Shown: positions 48,531-60,140 of the stretch, piece after piece
How the letters are laid out: each line of letters starts with the position of its first letter
How positions within the stretch are numbered: the first letter of the stretch is position 1
Notes under the pieces: generated by a model
The model's database searches: none
Told to the model about the DNA's origin: nothing
The model's input: only the letters and a program-made list of their open reading frames with translations
Made by a program: the position numbers and the translations under genes
DNA from: Chloroflexota bacterium
GTDB taxonomy: Bacteria > Chloroflexota > Limnocylindria > Limnocylindrales > CSP1-4
Assembly (NCBI GenBank): GCA_017881905.1
Contig: JADGQI010000172.1
Coordinates: 6,841 to 70,840, forward strand
Direction of reading: 5' to 3'
Length of the DNA stretch: 64,000 nucleotides

Positions 48531-49533
48531 CCAGGGTCCGGGGGCGGACAAGAACTCGAACCGACAAGAGGTCTTCATCTCGCCGACCGGCGCTCCGATG
48601 AACGTCGTCCAGATGGCCGAAGGTCCGCAGCCCCAGGACTTCGAGGTCTCGCTCGAATCGCTCAACCAGTGGCAGATCGCCTGGCGCCGGTTCAAGCGTC
48701 ACCGCCTGGCGGTCGTCGGCACGGGGATCTTCGGAGTGATGATCCTGCTGGCGATCTTCGGCCCGATCATCTGGCCGTACGACCGGCTCGCGCTCAAGCC
48801 CGTCACGCACAGCGGCGGCAACCCGCCCGGCTGGATGCAGAACCCGCGGACGCTGGCCGACCCGTTCGGGACCGACAATGGCGGGCGGAGCGTCTTCATC
48901 CTGACCGTCAATGGCGCCCGCCTGTCGATGCTGATCGGGATCGGGACGACGGTCATCGCGGTGACCATCGGCGTGGTCGTCGGCTCGTTCGCCGGGTTCT
49001 TCGGGGGCAGGATCGACGGATTGCTGATGCGCTTCGTCGACTTCATGCTGACCATCCCGTTCCTGTTCGTGATCCTGGTCATGGCCCGCTTCTTCGGTGC
49101 CGGCGACCCGATCGTCCTGACCTTGATCTTCGGGCTGCTGTTCTGGCCCGGGCTGGCCCGGCTCGTGCGCGCCCTGTTCCTGTCGCTCCGCGAGCAGGAT
49201 TTCGTCCAGGCCGCGCGGGCGGTCGGTGTCAGCGACACCCGGATCACGTTCCGCCACATCCTCCCGAACGCGCTCGGCCCGATCATCGTGTCGGCGACCC
49301 TGCTGGTCGCCTCCGCGATCGTGACCGAGGCGTTCGTCAGCTTCCTCAACTTCGGGCTGAAGGCGACCGACCTCAGCTGGGGCAATGCCCTCGCGAGCTC
49401 GCAGCAATACCAGATCGTCGGGAACTGGTGGTGGGCGTTCTTCCCCGGGATGGCCATCGCCTTGACCGTCACCGCGATCAACTTCATGGGCGACGGTCTG
49501 CGCGACGCCCTCGACCCGCGCTCAAGGGAGTGA
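48523..49533 (+). CDS. Peptide ABC permease (OppC/DppC-like), system 1
   Basis: [22 protein letters not shown] and [11 protein letters not shown] motifs. Confidence 0.95.
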   Translation: MTDQGPGADKNSNRQEVFISPTGAPMNVVQMAEGPQPQDFEVSLESLNQWQIAWRRFKRHRLAVVGTGIFGVMILLAIFGPIIWPYDRLALKPVTHSGGNPPGWMQNPRTLADPFGTDNGGRSVFILTVNGARLSMLIGIGTTVIAVTIGVVVGSFAGFFGGRIDGLLMRFVDFMLTIPFLFVILVMARFFGAGDPIVLTLIFGLLFWPGLARLVRALFLSLREQDFVQAARAVGVSDTRITFRHILPNALGPIIVSATLLVASAIVTEAFVSFLNFGLKATDLSWGNALASSQQYQIVGNWWWAFFPGMAIALTVTAINFMGDGLRDALDPRSRE

Positions 49534-49537
49534 CCGT

Positions 49538-50617
49538 TTGACCGGCTCGATCCTTCCCGTCGACGACGACGTCGCCACACGCTCTGCGGGGCGCCCGCTG
49601 CTCGAGGTCCGCGACCTGCGGACCTACTTCCACGTCATGGACGGGGTGGTCCGGGCGGTCGACGGGATCAGCTTCTCGATCATGGCCGGCGAGACCCTCG
49701 GCATCGTCGGGGAGTCGGGCTGCGGCAAGAGCGTGACGTCGCTGTCGATCATGCGCCTGCTGGACATGCCACCGGCCGAGATCCCCAGCGGCGAGATCCT
49801 GTTCGAGGGCCGCGACCTGCTGACGATGCCGGACGAGGAGATGCGCAAGGTCCGCGGGAACGACATCGCGATGATCTTCCAGGAGCCGATGACCAGCCTG
49901 AACCCGGTCTTCACGGTCGGCGACCAGATCGCGGAGGCGGTGATCCTTCACCAGGGCCTGTCCAAGAAGGCGGCCTGGGACAAGGCGATCGAGTCGCTGA
50001 AGGCGGTCGGGATCAACAACCCGGAGCGGCGGGTCAAGCAATACCCCCATGAGCTGTCAGGCGGCATGCGCCAACGGGTGATGATCGCGATGGCGCTGTC
50101 GTGCGATCCGAAGCTGCTCATCGCCGACGAGCCCACGACCGCTCTCGATGTGACGATCCAGGCGCAGATCCTCGAGCTCATCCGGACCGTCCAGGATCGG
50201 ACCGGGGCGGCCCTGATGCTGATCACCCACGATCTGGGCGTCGTCGCCGAGACGGTCAAGGACGTCGTCGTGATGTACGCCGGACGGATCGTCGAGGAGG
50301 GCAGCGTCGAGGAGGTCCTGCTCGCACCCAAGCACCCCTACACCGAGGGGCTGCTCGGCTCGATCCCGTCGCGCGGCAAGCGCGGCGAGCGCCTGAACGT
50401 GATCCGGGGTACCGTCCCGAACCCCTTCAACATGCCGCCGGGCTGCAACTTCGCGCCGCGCTGTCCGTACGCCTTCGAACCGTGCACCCAGGCGGATCCC
50501 CGGATCGGCGATGCCAACCCGCCCGATGTCGCCTGCTGGCTGTATACCGCGACGGCGACGTCGCCCACCCCGCCTCGCGTCCGACCGCGACTCGACCTCG
50601 TCGAGGCGCTCGGGTGA
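49538..50617 (+). CDS. Peptide ABC ATPase (OppD-like), system 1
   Basis: [28 protein letters not shown] and GC.F.PRC motifs. Confidence 0.95.
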   Translation: MTGSILPVDDDVATRSAGRPLLEVRDLRTYFHVMDGVVRAVDGISFSIMAGETLGIVGESGCGKSVTSLSIMRLLDMPPAEIPSGEILFEGRDLLTMPDEEMRKVRGNDIAMIFQEPMTSLNPVFTVGDQIAEAVILHQGLSKKAAWDKAIESLKAVGINNPERRVKQYPHELSGGMRQRVMIAMALSCDPKLLIADEPTTALDVTIQAQILELIRTVQDRTGAALMLITHDLGVVAETVKDVVVMYAGRIVEEGSVEEVLLAPKHPYTEGLLGSIPSRGKRGERLNVIRGTVPNPFNMPPGCNFAPRCPYAFEPCTQADPRIGDANPPDVACWLYTATATSPTPPRVRPRLDLVEALG

Positions 50618-51876
50618 CGTTCGAGACCAGCGAACCGGCCGCTCCCGCAGCCGACCAGCCGGTCGTGCCGGTCGCGCCTCCGCCGAGCCCGTCCGTGCCG
50701 GCGACCGGCGCGGCGGTCGGCCGGCCACCGACGTCGGAGGTGCCGCTCGTCGAGGTCGAGGGGCTGGTCAAGTACTACCCGATCATGGGCGGCTTCCTGC
50801 GCCGCCATGTCGGGGATGTCAAGGCGGTCGACGGGGTCAGCTTCTGGGTCAATCGCGGTGAGGTGCTCGGGCTGGTCGGTGAATCCGGTTGTGGGAAGTC
50901 GACCCTGGGCAAGACGCTCATCCAGCTCACGCCGCCGACGGCCGGGCTCGCCAAGCTCGACGGCGAACCGATCTTCGGCAAGAAGGGCAAGGACCTCAAG
51001 AAGCTGCGCCGGCGGATGCAGATCATCTTCCAGGATCCGGTCGGGTCGCTGAACCCGAGGATGCCGATCAGCGACATCATCGGCGAGGGGCTGCTGGCAC
51101 AGGCCGACGCCGAGAACAGGTGGGGCGACCGGAAGGTCCGCGACAAGCGGGTCGGCGACTACCTCGACGCGGTCGGCCTGCGGCGCGACTACACCCGCCG
51201 CTATCCGCACGAGTTCTCCGGTGGCCAGCGCCAACGGATCGGGATCGCCCGGGCGCTGGCCCTGAGCCCGGATTTCCTCATCTGCGACGAGCCGGTCTCG
51301 GCGCTCGACGTGTCGATCCAGAGCCAGATCCTGAACCTGCTCCTGGACCTTCGCCGCGAGTTCGACCTCACCTACCTGTTCATCGCCCACAACCTGTCGG
51401 TGGTCCAGTACATCAGCGACCGGGTCGGAGTGATGTATCTCGGCAAGCTGGTCGAGCTGGCCGAGGTCGAGGAGCTCTACCGGCGGCCTCGTCACCCGTA
51501 CAGCGTGGCGCTCCTGTCCGCGGTCCCGGACGCGAACCCGCGCGTCCGCAAGAAGCGGCTCGTGCTGACCGGCGACGTCCCGTCGCCCGCGGCGCCGCCG
51601 TCGGGCTGCCACTTCCACACCCGGTGCTGGCTGTACGAGCAGCTCGGCCAGCCCGAGGTCTGTACGACGGCCGACCCGGAGTTCCGGGACATCGGCGACG
51701 GCCATCTGGTCGCCTGCCATTGGGCCGAGAAGGTGCCAACGGCGGTCGTCGCAAGCGCGGTACCCACCGCGGAGGTGACGACCGACACCGTGGCCATGCC
51801 AGCCGCCGGTATCCCGGCGGCACCGCCGATCGATGCCGGTCCACCGACGGAAGAGGCCACGGCGAGCGGCACCTGA
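50614..51876 (+). CDS. Peptide ABC ATPase (OppF-like), system 1
   Basis: [25 protein letters not shown] and GCHFHTRC motifs. Confidence 0.95.
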   Translation: MTFETSEPAAPAADQPVVPVAPPPSPSVPATGAAVGRPPTSEVPLVEVEGLVKYYPIMGGFLRRHVGDVKAVDGVSFWVNRGEVLGLVGESGCGKSTLGKTLIQLTPPTAGLAKLDGEPIFGKKGKDLKKLRRRMQIIFQDPVGSLNPRMPISDIIGEGLLAQADAENRWGDRKVRDKRVGDYLDAVGLRRDYTRRYPHEFSGGQRQRIGIARALALSPDFLICDEPVSALDVSIQSQILNLLLDLRREFDLTYLFIAHNLSVVQYISDRVGVMYLGKLVELAEVEELYRRPRHPYSVALLSAVPDANPRVRKKRLVLTGDVPSPAAPPSGCHFHTRCWLYEQLGQPEVCTTADPEFRDIGDGHLVACHWAEKVPTAVVASAVPTAEVTTDTVAMPAAGIPAAPPIDAGPPTEEATASGT

Positions 51877-51979
51877 GTATCATGCGCGGGTCGGCGAGGA
51901 CCGGATCCGACCGGAAACGGCCGGGCTGGAGGAGGCCCCGTCGGCCCGAGCACCAAGGCATAGGAGGAGAACGAACCGC

Positions 51980-53707
51980 ATGACACGGATCAGATCAGGA
52001 GCAGGTCTCGCGATCGCCGCGATCCTGTTCGCAGCCTGCAGCGGGTCGACCGCCACGCCGGCACCCGCCAGCCAGGCGCCGGCCAGTGCCGCGGCACCGT
52101 CAGGTGCGGCGCCGTCCACGGCGCCGAGTGCGGCCGCCGGGACACCGAAGGATGGCGGCAGCCTCGTCGTGGCCATCCCGGGCGACATCTCGTCGACCGA
52201 CTCGGCGTTCATCCAGGACAGCAACTCGTCGACCGTCTCGAACCAGGTGATCGAGGGCCTCGTCGCGACGAAGCCCGGGACCACCGGCGAGATCGTCCCG
52301 GCCCTGGCCAAATCGTGGACCGTCAGCCCCGACGGCCTGACCTACACGTTCACCCTGCAGGACGGCGTCAAGTTCCATGACGGGACCGACTTCAACGCCG
52401 ATGCGGTCTGCTACAACTACAACCGCTGGAACAACTTCACGGGCGCGCTCGCGAGCCCTGACTACTCGTACTACTACGCGGCGGTCTTCGGTGGCTATGG
52501 CAAGGATTCGAACCTCGCCTCCTGCACCGCCACCAGTCCGACCGAAGTCGCGATCGTGCTCAAGCACCCCTACAGCAGCTTCCTGCTGAGCCAGACCATC
52601 ACGTCGTTCGGGATCAACAGCCCGACGGCCCTCAAGGCGCTCGACGCCGACAACCCGGATCCGACCAAGAGTGGATACAACACCGGCGCCAAGGGCGCGA
52701 TGGTCGGCACCGGTCCTTTCATGTTCAAGGAATACACCGCGAACGATCACATCACGGTGGTCAAGAACCCCAACTACTGGAACAAGGCCGGCGTGGCCCA
52801 CCTGGACACGGTGATCTTCAAGCCGATCTCCGACCAGACCGCCACGCTCAACGCGCTCCAGAGCGGCGACATCCAGCTCGCCATGAACCTCAACCCGACG
52901 GACCTGTCGACGGTCCAGGCGGACACCAAGCTGCAGGCCATCGATCGCGGTGAGTCGTGCAACCTGTTCCACCTCGGGATGAACGAGACGCACAAGCCGT
53001 TCGACAACGAGAAGATCCGCGAAGCGGTCGCGTACGCGATCAACAAGCAGGCGCTGATCGACACGTTCTACGGCGGCCAGGCCAAGGCGGCCATCACCTG
53101 GATGCCGGCCGGCGGCCTGTATGCCAAGGATGAGGCGCTGCCCGAGTACAACGTCGACAAGGCCAAGGCCCTGATCGCCGAGTCCGGTGTCCCGGCCGAC
53201 CAGCTGACGTTCGACTTCTGGTATCCGTCCAACGTCAGCCGGCCGTACATGCCGGACCCGAAGGGGATCTTCCAGGCCATCAGCTCCGACCTCGAAGCGG
53301 TCGGCTTCACCCCGAACCCGCAGACCAAGCCCTGGAAGGAGGGGTATCTCAAGGAAGAGGCCACCGGGAAGTACCCGATGTGGCTGATCGGCTGGACCTG
53401 CGACTGGGCCGGCCCGGACAACTTCCTCGATACGGCTTTCTTCAACTACCAGGGCGGCAAGCCCAGCCCGGAGTTCGCCTACACGAACGACGCGCTCAAC
53501 AAGACGATGAAGGACGCCGAGGCCGCCACGGACGACGCGACCGCGAAGACGCTGTGGGAGAAGGCGCAGGACATGATTCGCGCCGACATGCCCACCGTGC
53601 CGATCGTCAACTCCACCCCGCCGGCCGCCGCTGCAGCCTTCGTCAAGGGCTTCGTCGGCTCCGGTAACCTGACCGAGATCCTCAACTCCGTCTGGCTCGA
53701 CCAGTAA
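51980..53707 (+). CDS. Peptide ABC transporter substrate-binding lipoprotein (DppA-like), system 2
   Basis: AGGAGG RBS, lipobox FAAC, PALAKSW, KFHDGTDFNADAV, GTGPF and RPYMPDP motifs. Confidence 0.94.
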   Translation: MTRIRSGAGLAIAAILFAACSGSTATPAPASQAPASAAAPSGAAPSTAPSAAAGTPKDGGSLVVAIPGDISSTDSAFIQDSNSSTVSNQVIEGLVATKPGTTGEIVPALAKSWTVSPDGLTYTFTLQDGVKFHDGTDFNADAVCYNYNRWNNFTGALASPDYSYYYAAVFGGYGKDSNLASCTATSPTEVAIVLKHPYSSFLLSQTITSFGINSPTALKALDADNPDPTKSGYNTGAKGAMVGTGPFMFKEYTANDHITVVKNPNYWNKAGVAHLDTVIFKPISDQTATLNALQSGDIQLAMNLNPTDLSTVQADTKLQAIDRGESCNLFHLGMNETHKPFDNEKIREAVAYAINKQALIDTFYGGQAKAAITWMPAGGLYAKDEALPEYNVDKAKALIAESGVPADQLTFDFWYPSNVSRPYMPDPKGIFQAISSDLEAVGFTPNPQTKPWKEGYLKEEATGKYPMWLIGWTCDWAGPDNFLDTAFFNYQGGKPSPEFAYTNDALNKTMKDAEAATDDATAKTLWEKAQDMIRADMPTVPIVNSTPPAAAAAFVKGFVGSGNLTEILNSVWLDQ

Positions 53708-53757
53708 CGTGATCGGTCCGTGGGACGGAGGCGTCCGGCGGACCTCGCGAACACCTG

Positions 53758-53791
53758 ACCGACCCCGGTGCCTTCGGGCGCCGGGGTCGGT
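53758..53791 (+). terminator. cUUCGg-capped hairpin after SBP gene 2
   Basis: ACCGACCCCGGTGCC-TTCG-GGCGCCGGGGTCGGT. Confidence 0.65.
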
Positions 53792-53821
53792 TCCCACCGT
53801 CCCGCGGAGCGATCGACCCCG

Positions 53822-54826
53822 GTGATCAAGTACATCGTCCGACGACTGCTCGGTGCGATCCCGGTCCTGTTCGGGCTGTCGATCATCCTGTTCGCGTTCA
53901 TCCACCTGCTCCCCGGCGATCCGGCGGCGACGATCCTTGGCCAGCACGCCCGGCCCGAGCTCGTCGACGCGATGCGCCACCGTCTGGGGCTCGATCTGCC
54001 CCTGTGGCAGCAGTACCTCAACTACGTCGGGGACCTGCTCCACGGCGACCTCGGCCGGAGCTTCGTCAACAACCGCTCGGTCGTCGACGACTTCTTCGTC
54101 CGGTTCCCGGGGACCGTCGAGCTCACCCTCGCCGCCCTGGCGTTCGCGGTAGGTCTCGGCATCCCGATGGGTCGCTGGGCGGCGCGCAAGCCCCAGAGCT
54201 TCTCGGACGGGTTCATCACCGTCGTATCGCTGGTCGGGGTGAGCATCCCGATCTTCGTGCTGGGCCTGTCGCTCCAGTACGTGTTCGCCGTCCAGCTCCA
54301 CATCCTGCCCGCGTCAGGTCGCATCGACCCCCGGCTCCAGGTGCCGTACACGACGAACTTCCTGCTGATCGACACGCTCCTGGCCGGGCGGCCGGACGCG
54401 TTCGTCGACTCCCTTCGGCACCTCGTCCTGCCGGCCATCGCCCTGGGCTCGATCCCGCTCGCGATCATCACCCGGATCACTCGGGCCTCGGTCCTGGACG
54501 TCACCCACGAGGACTACGTCCGGACGGCACGCGCCAAGGGTCTGACCGAGAAGCGCGTCGACGGACGGCACATCATGCGCAACGCCTGGCTTCCGGTGGT
54601 GACCGTCATCGGCCTCCAGGTCGGCGGCCTCCTCGCCGGGGCGGTGATCACCGAGACCGTGTTCGCCTGGAACGGGGTAGGGAAGTGGGTGGTCGAGGCG
54701 ATCGAGGCCCACGACTACTTCGTGATCCAGTCCTCGATCCTCATCTTCGCCTTGATCTTCCTGCTGGTGAACCTCGTGGTCGACATCGGATACGCATTCC
54801 TCAACCCGCGGATCAGGTACTCCTGA
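53822..54826 (+). CDS. Peptide ABC permease (DppB-like), system 2
   Basis: PGDPA, GDLGRS, DYVRTARAKGL, ETVFAW and NPRI motifs. Confidence 0.95.
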   Translation: MIKYIVRRLLGAIPVLFGLSIILFAFIHLLPGDPAATILGQHARPELVDAMRHRLGLDLPLWQQYLNYVGDLLHGDLGRSFVNNRSVVDDFFVRFPGTVELTLAALAFAVGLGIPMGRWAARKPQSFSDGFITVVSLVGVSIPIFVLGLSLQYVFAVQLHILPASGRIDPRLQVPYTTNFLLIDTLLAGRPDAFVDSLRHLVLPAIALGSIPLAIITRITRASVLDVTHEDYVRTARAKGLTEKRVDGRHIMRNAWLPVVTVIGLQVGGLLAGAVITETVFAWNGVGKWVVEAIEAHDYFVIQSSILIFALIFLLVNLVVDIGYAFLNPRIRYS

Positions 54827-55728
54827 TGGCGACCAAGGCGGCCACGCCAGCGACGGTCCGCGTCCCGGTCGAGAGCCGGGCGAGCCGCGGCCTGTGGCGC
54901 GATGCCCTCGTCCGGCTCCGGCGCAATCGGCCGGCGCTGGTCGGCCTCGCCTGCATCGCCATCTTCGTCTTCGTCGCGTTCTTCGCTCCGTGGCTCGCCC
55001 AGTACGACCCGAACAAGGGTGGGCTCGGCAAGACCTTCGAACCACCGTCGGCGGCCCACTGGGCGGGGCTGGACAAGCTCGGCCGTGACGAGCTGACGCG
55101 AGTGATGTATGGGGCTCGCATCAGCCTCGTCGTCGGCGTCGTCTCGGTCACCGTCGGGCTGACGATCGGGGGGCTGGTGGGGGCGATCGCCGGTGGGGTC
55201 GGCGGGCGGATCGACACGATCCTCATGCGGATCACCGATGTCTTCCTGGCGATCCCCGGGATCCTCCTGGCGATCGGCATCGTTGCCTGGCTCGGTCAGG
55301 GCCTGGTCCAGATCATGATCGCGGTGGCCGTGGCGAATGCCCCGATCTTCGCTCGGATCCTGCGGGGGAGTCTGCTGTCGTTGCGCGAAGCGGAGTTCGT
55401 GACGGCGGCTCGGTCGGTCGGGGCGAGCCGCACCAGGCTGCTCCTGCGGCACATGCTGCCCAACGCCCTGACCGCGCTGATCGTGGCGGCGACCCTCGCC
55501 CTTGCGACGGCGATCATCGACGTCGCCGGCCTGGGCTTCCTCGGGCTCGGTCCACCCGACCCACGGACGGCCGAGTGGGGAACGATGCTCACCGACTCGA
55601 CCGAGGCGCTCCGCCGGGCCCCGTGGCTCATCTTCGCCCCGGGCATCGCCATCGTCATCAGCGCCATCGGGTTCAACCTGCTCGGCGACGGGCTGCGCGA
55701 GTCGCTCGACCCGAGGTTGAAGCGATGA
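54826..55728 (+). CDS. Peptide ABC permease (DppC-like), system 2
   Basis: GLDKLGRD, FVTAARSVGA, EWG.ML and GDGLRESLDPR motifs. Confidence 0.95.
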   Translation: MATKAATPATVRVPVESRASRGLWRDALVRLRRNRPALVGLACIAIFVFVAFFAPWLAQYDPNKGGLGKTFEPPSAAHWAGLDKLGRDELTRVMYGARISLVVGVVSVTVGLTIGGLVGAIAGGVGGRIDTILMRITDVFLAIPGILLAIGIVAWLGQGLVQIMIAVAVANAPIFARILRGSLLSLREAEFVTAARSVGASRTRLLLRHMLPNALTALIVAATLALATAIIDVAGLGFLGLGPPDPRTAEWGTMLTDSTEALRRAPWLIFAPGIAIVISAIGFNLLGDGLRESLDPRLKR

Positions 55729-57029
55729 CCACCACGACGCCGCCCCCGGCGCCCGCACCGACCGCCGCCGGGGCCGCCGGAGGCGTCGCCTCCGTGCCGC
55801 TCCTGTCGGTCCGCGATCTCGTCGTCCGGTTCCGGACCCAGGACGGGACCATCTACGCGGTCAACGGGATCGACTTCGACCTGGCCGAGGGGGAGACGCT
55901 CGGGATCGTCGGTGAGTCGGGTTGCGGCAAGAGCGTGACGAACCTGGCGATCATGCGGCTTCTGCCCAAGCCGGCCGGACGGATCGAGCGCGGCCGCATC
56001 CTGCTCGATGGCCAGGACCTCGTCGTGCTCTCAGAGAGCGAGATCCGGGCCATCCGCGGCCGGGACGTGGCGATGATCTTCCAGGATCCGATGACCAGCC
56101 TGAACCCGGTCCTGACGATCGAGGAGCAGATGGTCGAGACGATCCGGGCGCACCGGACGACGAGCAAGGAGGAGGCCCGCGCGCGCGCGATCGAGCTCCT
56201 CGAGATGGTCGGGATCCCGAAGCCGGAGACGCGGCTGAAGGCGTTCCCTCACCAGTTCTCAGGTGGCATGCGTCAGCGGGTGATGATCGCGATGGCGCTC
56301 GCCCTCGATCCTCGCCTGCTGATCGCCGACGAGCCGACCACGGCACTCGACGTCACGATCCAGGCCCAGATCCTCGAGATCCTCGCGCGTCTCGCGACGG
56401 AATCCGGCACCGCCCTCATCCTGATCACCCACGACCTGGGGGTCGTCGCCGGGATGACCAAGCGGATCAACGTGATGTACGCCGGGTTCGTCGTGGAATC
56501 GGCGACGACGCCGGAGCTGTTCGCCCTGCCGTCGCACCCGTACACGATCGGCCTGCTCCACTCGATCCCGCGGCTCGACTCCGATGGCGACGAGGATCTG
56601 ATCCCGATCGAGGGCCGGCCGCCGGATCAGCGGGTCGAGCCGGTCGGCTGCCCGTTCGCACCGCGCTGCGCCTGGCGGATCGACGATTGCTGGTCGGACA
56701 ACCCCGGGCTTGCCGCCATCGATGGGAGAGCGGCGGTCGTGATGACCGGGCCGGCTGCGACCCACCGGATCGCATGCTTCAACCCACCGACGCACGACGA
56801 GGCGCTCGCCGGCCGGCCGTTGCGCGAGGGATTCCGGCCGGCGCCACCGCCTGGCACGCTGCCCGAGGACACAGGCTTCGAGGGCCTCGGTTCCGAGGAG
56901 GCGCTCGAGGCGCTCGAGCCGCAGGGCGCCGAGCACAGCCCGCTGCTGCCGCGCGACGAGGCGCTCCTCGACGCGGGTCGCGACCGCGGCCAGTACCCCG
57001 GCGACGCCGATCGCGACAGCCACCGATGA
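55725..57029 (+). CDS. Peptide ABC ATPase (DppD-like), system 2
   Basis: [24 protein letters not shown] and GCPFAPRC motifs. Confidence 0.95.
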   Translation: MTTTTPPPAPAPTAAGAAGGVASVPLLSVRDLVVRFRTQDGTIYAVNGIDFDLAEGETLGIVGESGCGKSVTNLAIMRLLPKPAGRIERGRILLDGQDLVVLSESEIRAIRGRDVAMIFQDPMTSLNPVLTIEEQMVETIRAHRTTSKEEARARAIELLEMVGIPKPETRLKAFPHQFSGGMRQRVMIAMALALDPRLLIADEPTTALDVTIQAQILEILARLATESGTALILITHDLGVVAGMTKRINVMYAGFVVESATTPELFALPSHPYTIGLLHSIPRLDSDGDEDLIPIEGRPPDQRVEPVGCPFAPRCAWRIDDCWSDNPGLAAIDGRAAVVMTGPAATHRIACFNPPTHDEALAGRPLREGFRPAPPPGTLPEDTGFEGLGSEEALEALEPQGAEHSPLLPRDEALLDAGRDRGQYPGDADRDSHR

Positions 57030-58282
57030 GCGGCATGATGGACGTCCGCTCGACGACGGCTACAGGCCCGACCAGCGCACCGCCACCCAAGGCCGCGCCC
57101 GCCCAGGTGGGCCAGTCGCTCCTTCGGGTCGACGACCTGCGGGTCTGGTTCCCGATCACCGAGGGGCTCATCTTCGAGCGGCATATCGGCGACGTCCGTG
57201 CGGTCGACGGGATCGATTTCGAGATCCGTCGGGGCGAGACCCTCGGTCTGGTCGGGGAGTCTGGCTGCGGCAAGAGCACCACCGGGCGAGCGATCGTCCG
57301 GCTGTACAAGCCGACCACCGGCTCGATCACCTTCGACGGGGTCGACCTGGCGCCCCTCGAGGGGGCCGCGCTGCGTCGGATGCGGGCCCGGATGCAGATG
57401 ATCTTCCAGGACCCGTATGCGAGCCTCAACCCACGGATGAACGTCGCGGGGATCGTCGGTGAGCCGCTCGACATCCACAGCGTCGGCACCAAGGCCGAGC
57501 GCAACGAACGCGTCCGGGATCTGCTGGCCACGGTCGGGCTCAATCCGGACTTCGCGGTCCGCTACCCGCATGAGTTCTCGGGCGGACAGCGGCAGCGGAT
57601 CGGGGTGGCCCGCGCCCTCGCGCTCAATCCGGACTTGATCGTCGCCGACGAGCCGATCAGTGCCCTCGACGTGTCGATCCAGGCCCAGATCATCAACCTG
57701 CTCCAGCGGCTCCAGGGCGAATTCGGATTGACCTACCTGTTCATCGCCCACGACCTGTCGGTGGTCCGCCACATCAGCGACCGGATCGCGGTGATGTACC
57801 TCGGGCGGATCGTCGAAGTGGCGCCATCCCGTGAGCTCAATCGCGAGCCCGTTCATCCGTACACGGTCGCTCTCCTGTCGGCCATCCCGATCCCGGACCC
57901 CGTGGTGGAGAGTCGTCGCAGGCGGATCATCCTCAAGGGCGACGTGCCGTCACCCGCGGCGCCGCCACCCGGCTGCCGGTTCCATACGCGCTGCTGGTTG
58001 CGCGACCGCCTCGGCGATCCCGAGCGATGCTCGACCGAGGAACCCGTCCTGCGAACGATGGCGACCGGTCACGATGTCGCCTGTCACTTCGCCGAGGAGG
58101 TGGCGGGCTCCGCCGAGCAGGTCCAGGCCGTCGGTCGCGGGGCGCCGACGGCTCCGCCGGCTGGCTCGGTGTCGCCGTCGCTGGGACCGGACGGCACACC
58201 GCGTCGGGACCTCGGCGCGCTGCCCGCCACGCCGCCCGTCCCGCCCAGCGCACCGCCGTCGGTCCCGTCGCCCGGGGTCTGA
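57026..58282 (+). CDS. Peptide ABC ATPase (DppF-like), system 2
   Basis: [25 protein letters not shown] and GCRFHTRC motifs. Confidence 0.95.
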   Translation: MSGMMDVRSTTATGPTSAPPPKAAPAQVGQSLLRVDDLRVWFPITEGLIFERHIGDVRAVDGIDFEIRRGETLGLVGESGCGKSTTGRAIVRLYKPTTGSITFDGVDLAPLEGAALRRMRARMQMIFQDPYASLNPRMNVAGIVGEPLDIHSVGTKAERNERVRDLLATVGLNPDFAVRYPHEFSGGQRQRIGVARALALNPDLIVADEPISALDVSIQAQIINLLQRLQGEFGLTYLFIAHDLSVVRHISDRIAVMYLGRIVEVAPSRELNREPVHPYTVALLSAIPIPDPVVESRRRRIILKGDVPSPAAPPPGCRFHTRCWLRDRLGDPERCSTEEPVLRTMATGHDVACHFAEEVAGSAEQVQAVGRGAPTAPPAGSVSPSLGPDGTPRRDLGALPATPPVPPSAPPSVPSPGV

Positions 58283-58299
58283 CGGGCTAGACTCGGCCG

Positions 58300-59256
58300 G
58301 TGCAGCCGTTGCGGATCGCCCTCGCCCAGATCGCGCCGCGCCTCGGGGCGCTCGATGAGAATCTCGAGCGCCATCAGACCCTGCTGGCCGAGGCTCGCGC
58401 CGGCGGAGCGGGGTTGGTCGTCTTCCCAGAGCTGGGGCTGACCGGGTATCTCCTCCAGGACCTCGCCGCCGAGGTCGCCATGCGTCTCGACGATCCCCGC
58501 CTCGGGGCCCTGGCTGCCGAGACGGCGGGGCTGTCGGCCGTCGTGTCGTTCGTCGAGGAATCGGCCGATCACCGCCTGTTCATCGCCGCGGCCCTCCTCG
58601 AGGACGGGCAGATCGCCCACGTCCACCGGAAGCTGTTCTTGCCGACCTACGGGCTGTTCGACGAGCGCCGGTTCTTCGCGGCGGGCGATCTCCTCCGGGC
58701 GATCCCGTCGCGTCTCGGACCGGGCATCGGCCTGGCGGTCTGCGAGGATTTCTGGCACCTTGCGGTCGCGCAGGTCCTGGCGCTCGATGGCGCCCAGATA
58801 CTGATCAACGTGTCGTCGTCGCCGGGCCGGGACCTGGCGGCGACGAACGAGGTGGGTCTCGGGACCGCGACGTCGTGGCGGACGCTGATGCGGACCTACG
58901 CCCAGCTGACGACGAGCTTCGTCGTCTTCGTCAATCGCGTCGGGGTCGAGGAGTCGATCAGCTTCTGGGGCGGCTCCGAGGTCATCGGACCCGACGGCGC
59001 CGCGGTCTTCAGCGCACCGTTCTACGACGACGGCCTGTACCTCGTCGACATCGACCTCGCGGAGATCCGCCGGTCGCGGATCGGCCTGCCGCTGCTGCGC
59101 GACGAGCGTCCCGAGCTCCAGGTCCGCGAGCTCGACCGGATCGTCGCCGAACGGGCCGGGCTGGCGAGCGATTCCACCGCCGACCCGGACGCCGCGCCCG
59201 GTCTCGATGTCGCCCCGCCGGTCCCGGCACCGACCTCGTCCTCGGGTCGGCCATGA
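58300..59256 (+). CDS. Nitrilase-family glutaminase subunit of NAD synthetase
   Basis: E-K-C triad: FPELGLTGY, RKLFLPTYGLFDERRFF and VCEDFWH. TAGACT 6 nt before the GTG suggests a leaderless transcript. Confidence 0.9.
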   Translation: MQPLRIALAQIAPRLGALDENLERHQTLLAEARAGGAGLVVFPELGLTGYLLQDLAAEVAMRLDDPRLGALAAETAGLSAVVSFVEESADHRLFIAAALLEDGQIAHVHRKLFLPTYGLFDERRFFAAGDLLRAIPSRLGPGIGLAVCEDFWHLAVAQVLALDGAQILINVSSSPGRDLAATNEVGLGTATSWRTLMRTYAQLTTSFVVFVNRVGVEESISFWGGSEVIGPDGAAVFSAPFYDDGLYLVDIDLAEIRRSRIGLPLLRDERPELQVRELDRIVAERAGLASDSTADPDAAPGLDVAPPVPAPTSSSGRP

Positions 59257-60140
59257 CCGGCGCGGTGTTCGAGCTGCCGACCGAGCTCGAGATCGATGCG
59301 GACATCGCCCGGCGGGTCATCGCCGAGTTCATCCGCGGCCAGCTTCGCCAGGCCGGCTTCGAGCGGGCCGTCCTCGGGTTGTCCGGCGGGATCGACTCGG
59401 CGCTCGTGGCGTTCCTGGTCGCCGAGGCGATCGGTGCGGACCGGCTGCTGTGCGTGATGCTGCCGTACCGGACGTCGTCGCCCGCGTCGCGGGCCGACGC
59501 GGAGGAGGTCGTCCGCCGGCTCGGATGCTCGTCCGAGCTCGTCGACATCAGCGCCATGGTCGACGGCTACTACGGTCGCGATGCGGTGCCCGGCGCGCTC
59601 GGGTCCGAGGGTCTCGAGGCCGCACCCTTGAGGCGCGGGAACTTCATGGCCCGGATGCGGATGGCGGTCCTGTACGACCGATCGGTGACCTGGGGCGGGC
59701 TCGTGGTCGGGACCGGCAACAAGACCGAGGCGCTGATCGGCTACACGACCCTGTTCGGCGACAGCGCCTGCGCGTTCAACCCGATCGGCGACCTGTACAA
59801 GAGCCAGGTCCGGCAGCTGGCCGCCGCGATCGGCGTCCCGGACGCGATCATCGCCAAGGCGCCGTCGGCCGACCTGTGGCCGGGCCAGACCGACGAGTCC
59901 GAGGCCGGCTTCAGCTACCCGGAGCTCGATCGGCTCCTGTTCTGGCTGATCGACAAGCGGCGCTCGCCCGAGGAGCTGGTCGGCAAAGGCTTCGCCCCGG
60001 GACTTGTCGCCTGGGCGACCCGGGCGGTGGCCGGTGCCGAATTCAAGCGCCAGGTGCCGCCGATCGCGAAGCTCGGACCCAGGACTGCGGGCGTCGACTA
60101 CCTGTACCCACGCCGGCGACCGGGTTCGTCGCGATCGTGA
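59253..60140 (+). CDS. nadE: NAD+ synthetase subunit
   Basis: GLSGGIDSA, N..ARMRM, GTGNKTE, GDLYKSQV, APSADLWPGQTDE and FKR motifs. Confidence 0.96.
   Translation: MTGAVFELPTELEIDADIARRVIAEFIRGQLRQAGFERAVLGLSGGIDSALVAFLVAEAIGADRLLCVMLPYRTSSPASRADAEEVVRRLGCSSELVDISAMVDGYYGRDAVPGALGSEGLEAAPLRRGNFMARMRMAVLYDRSVTWGGLVVGTGNKTEALIGYTTLFGDSACAFNPIGDLYKSQVRQLAAAIGVPDAIIAKAPSADLWPGQTDESEAGFSYPELDRLLFWLIDKRRSPEELVGKGFAPGLVAWATRAVAGAEFKRQVPPIAKLGPRTAGVDYLYPRRRPGSSRS

Noticed and set aside
51882..51983. Third uORF overlapping the SBP2 start
   Set aside because: Its ATG lies inside the TATCAT -10-like box and SBP2 has its own strong RBS, so it is probably chance.
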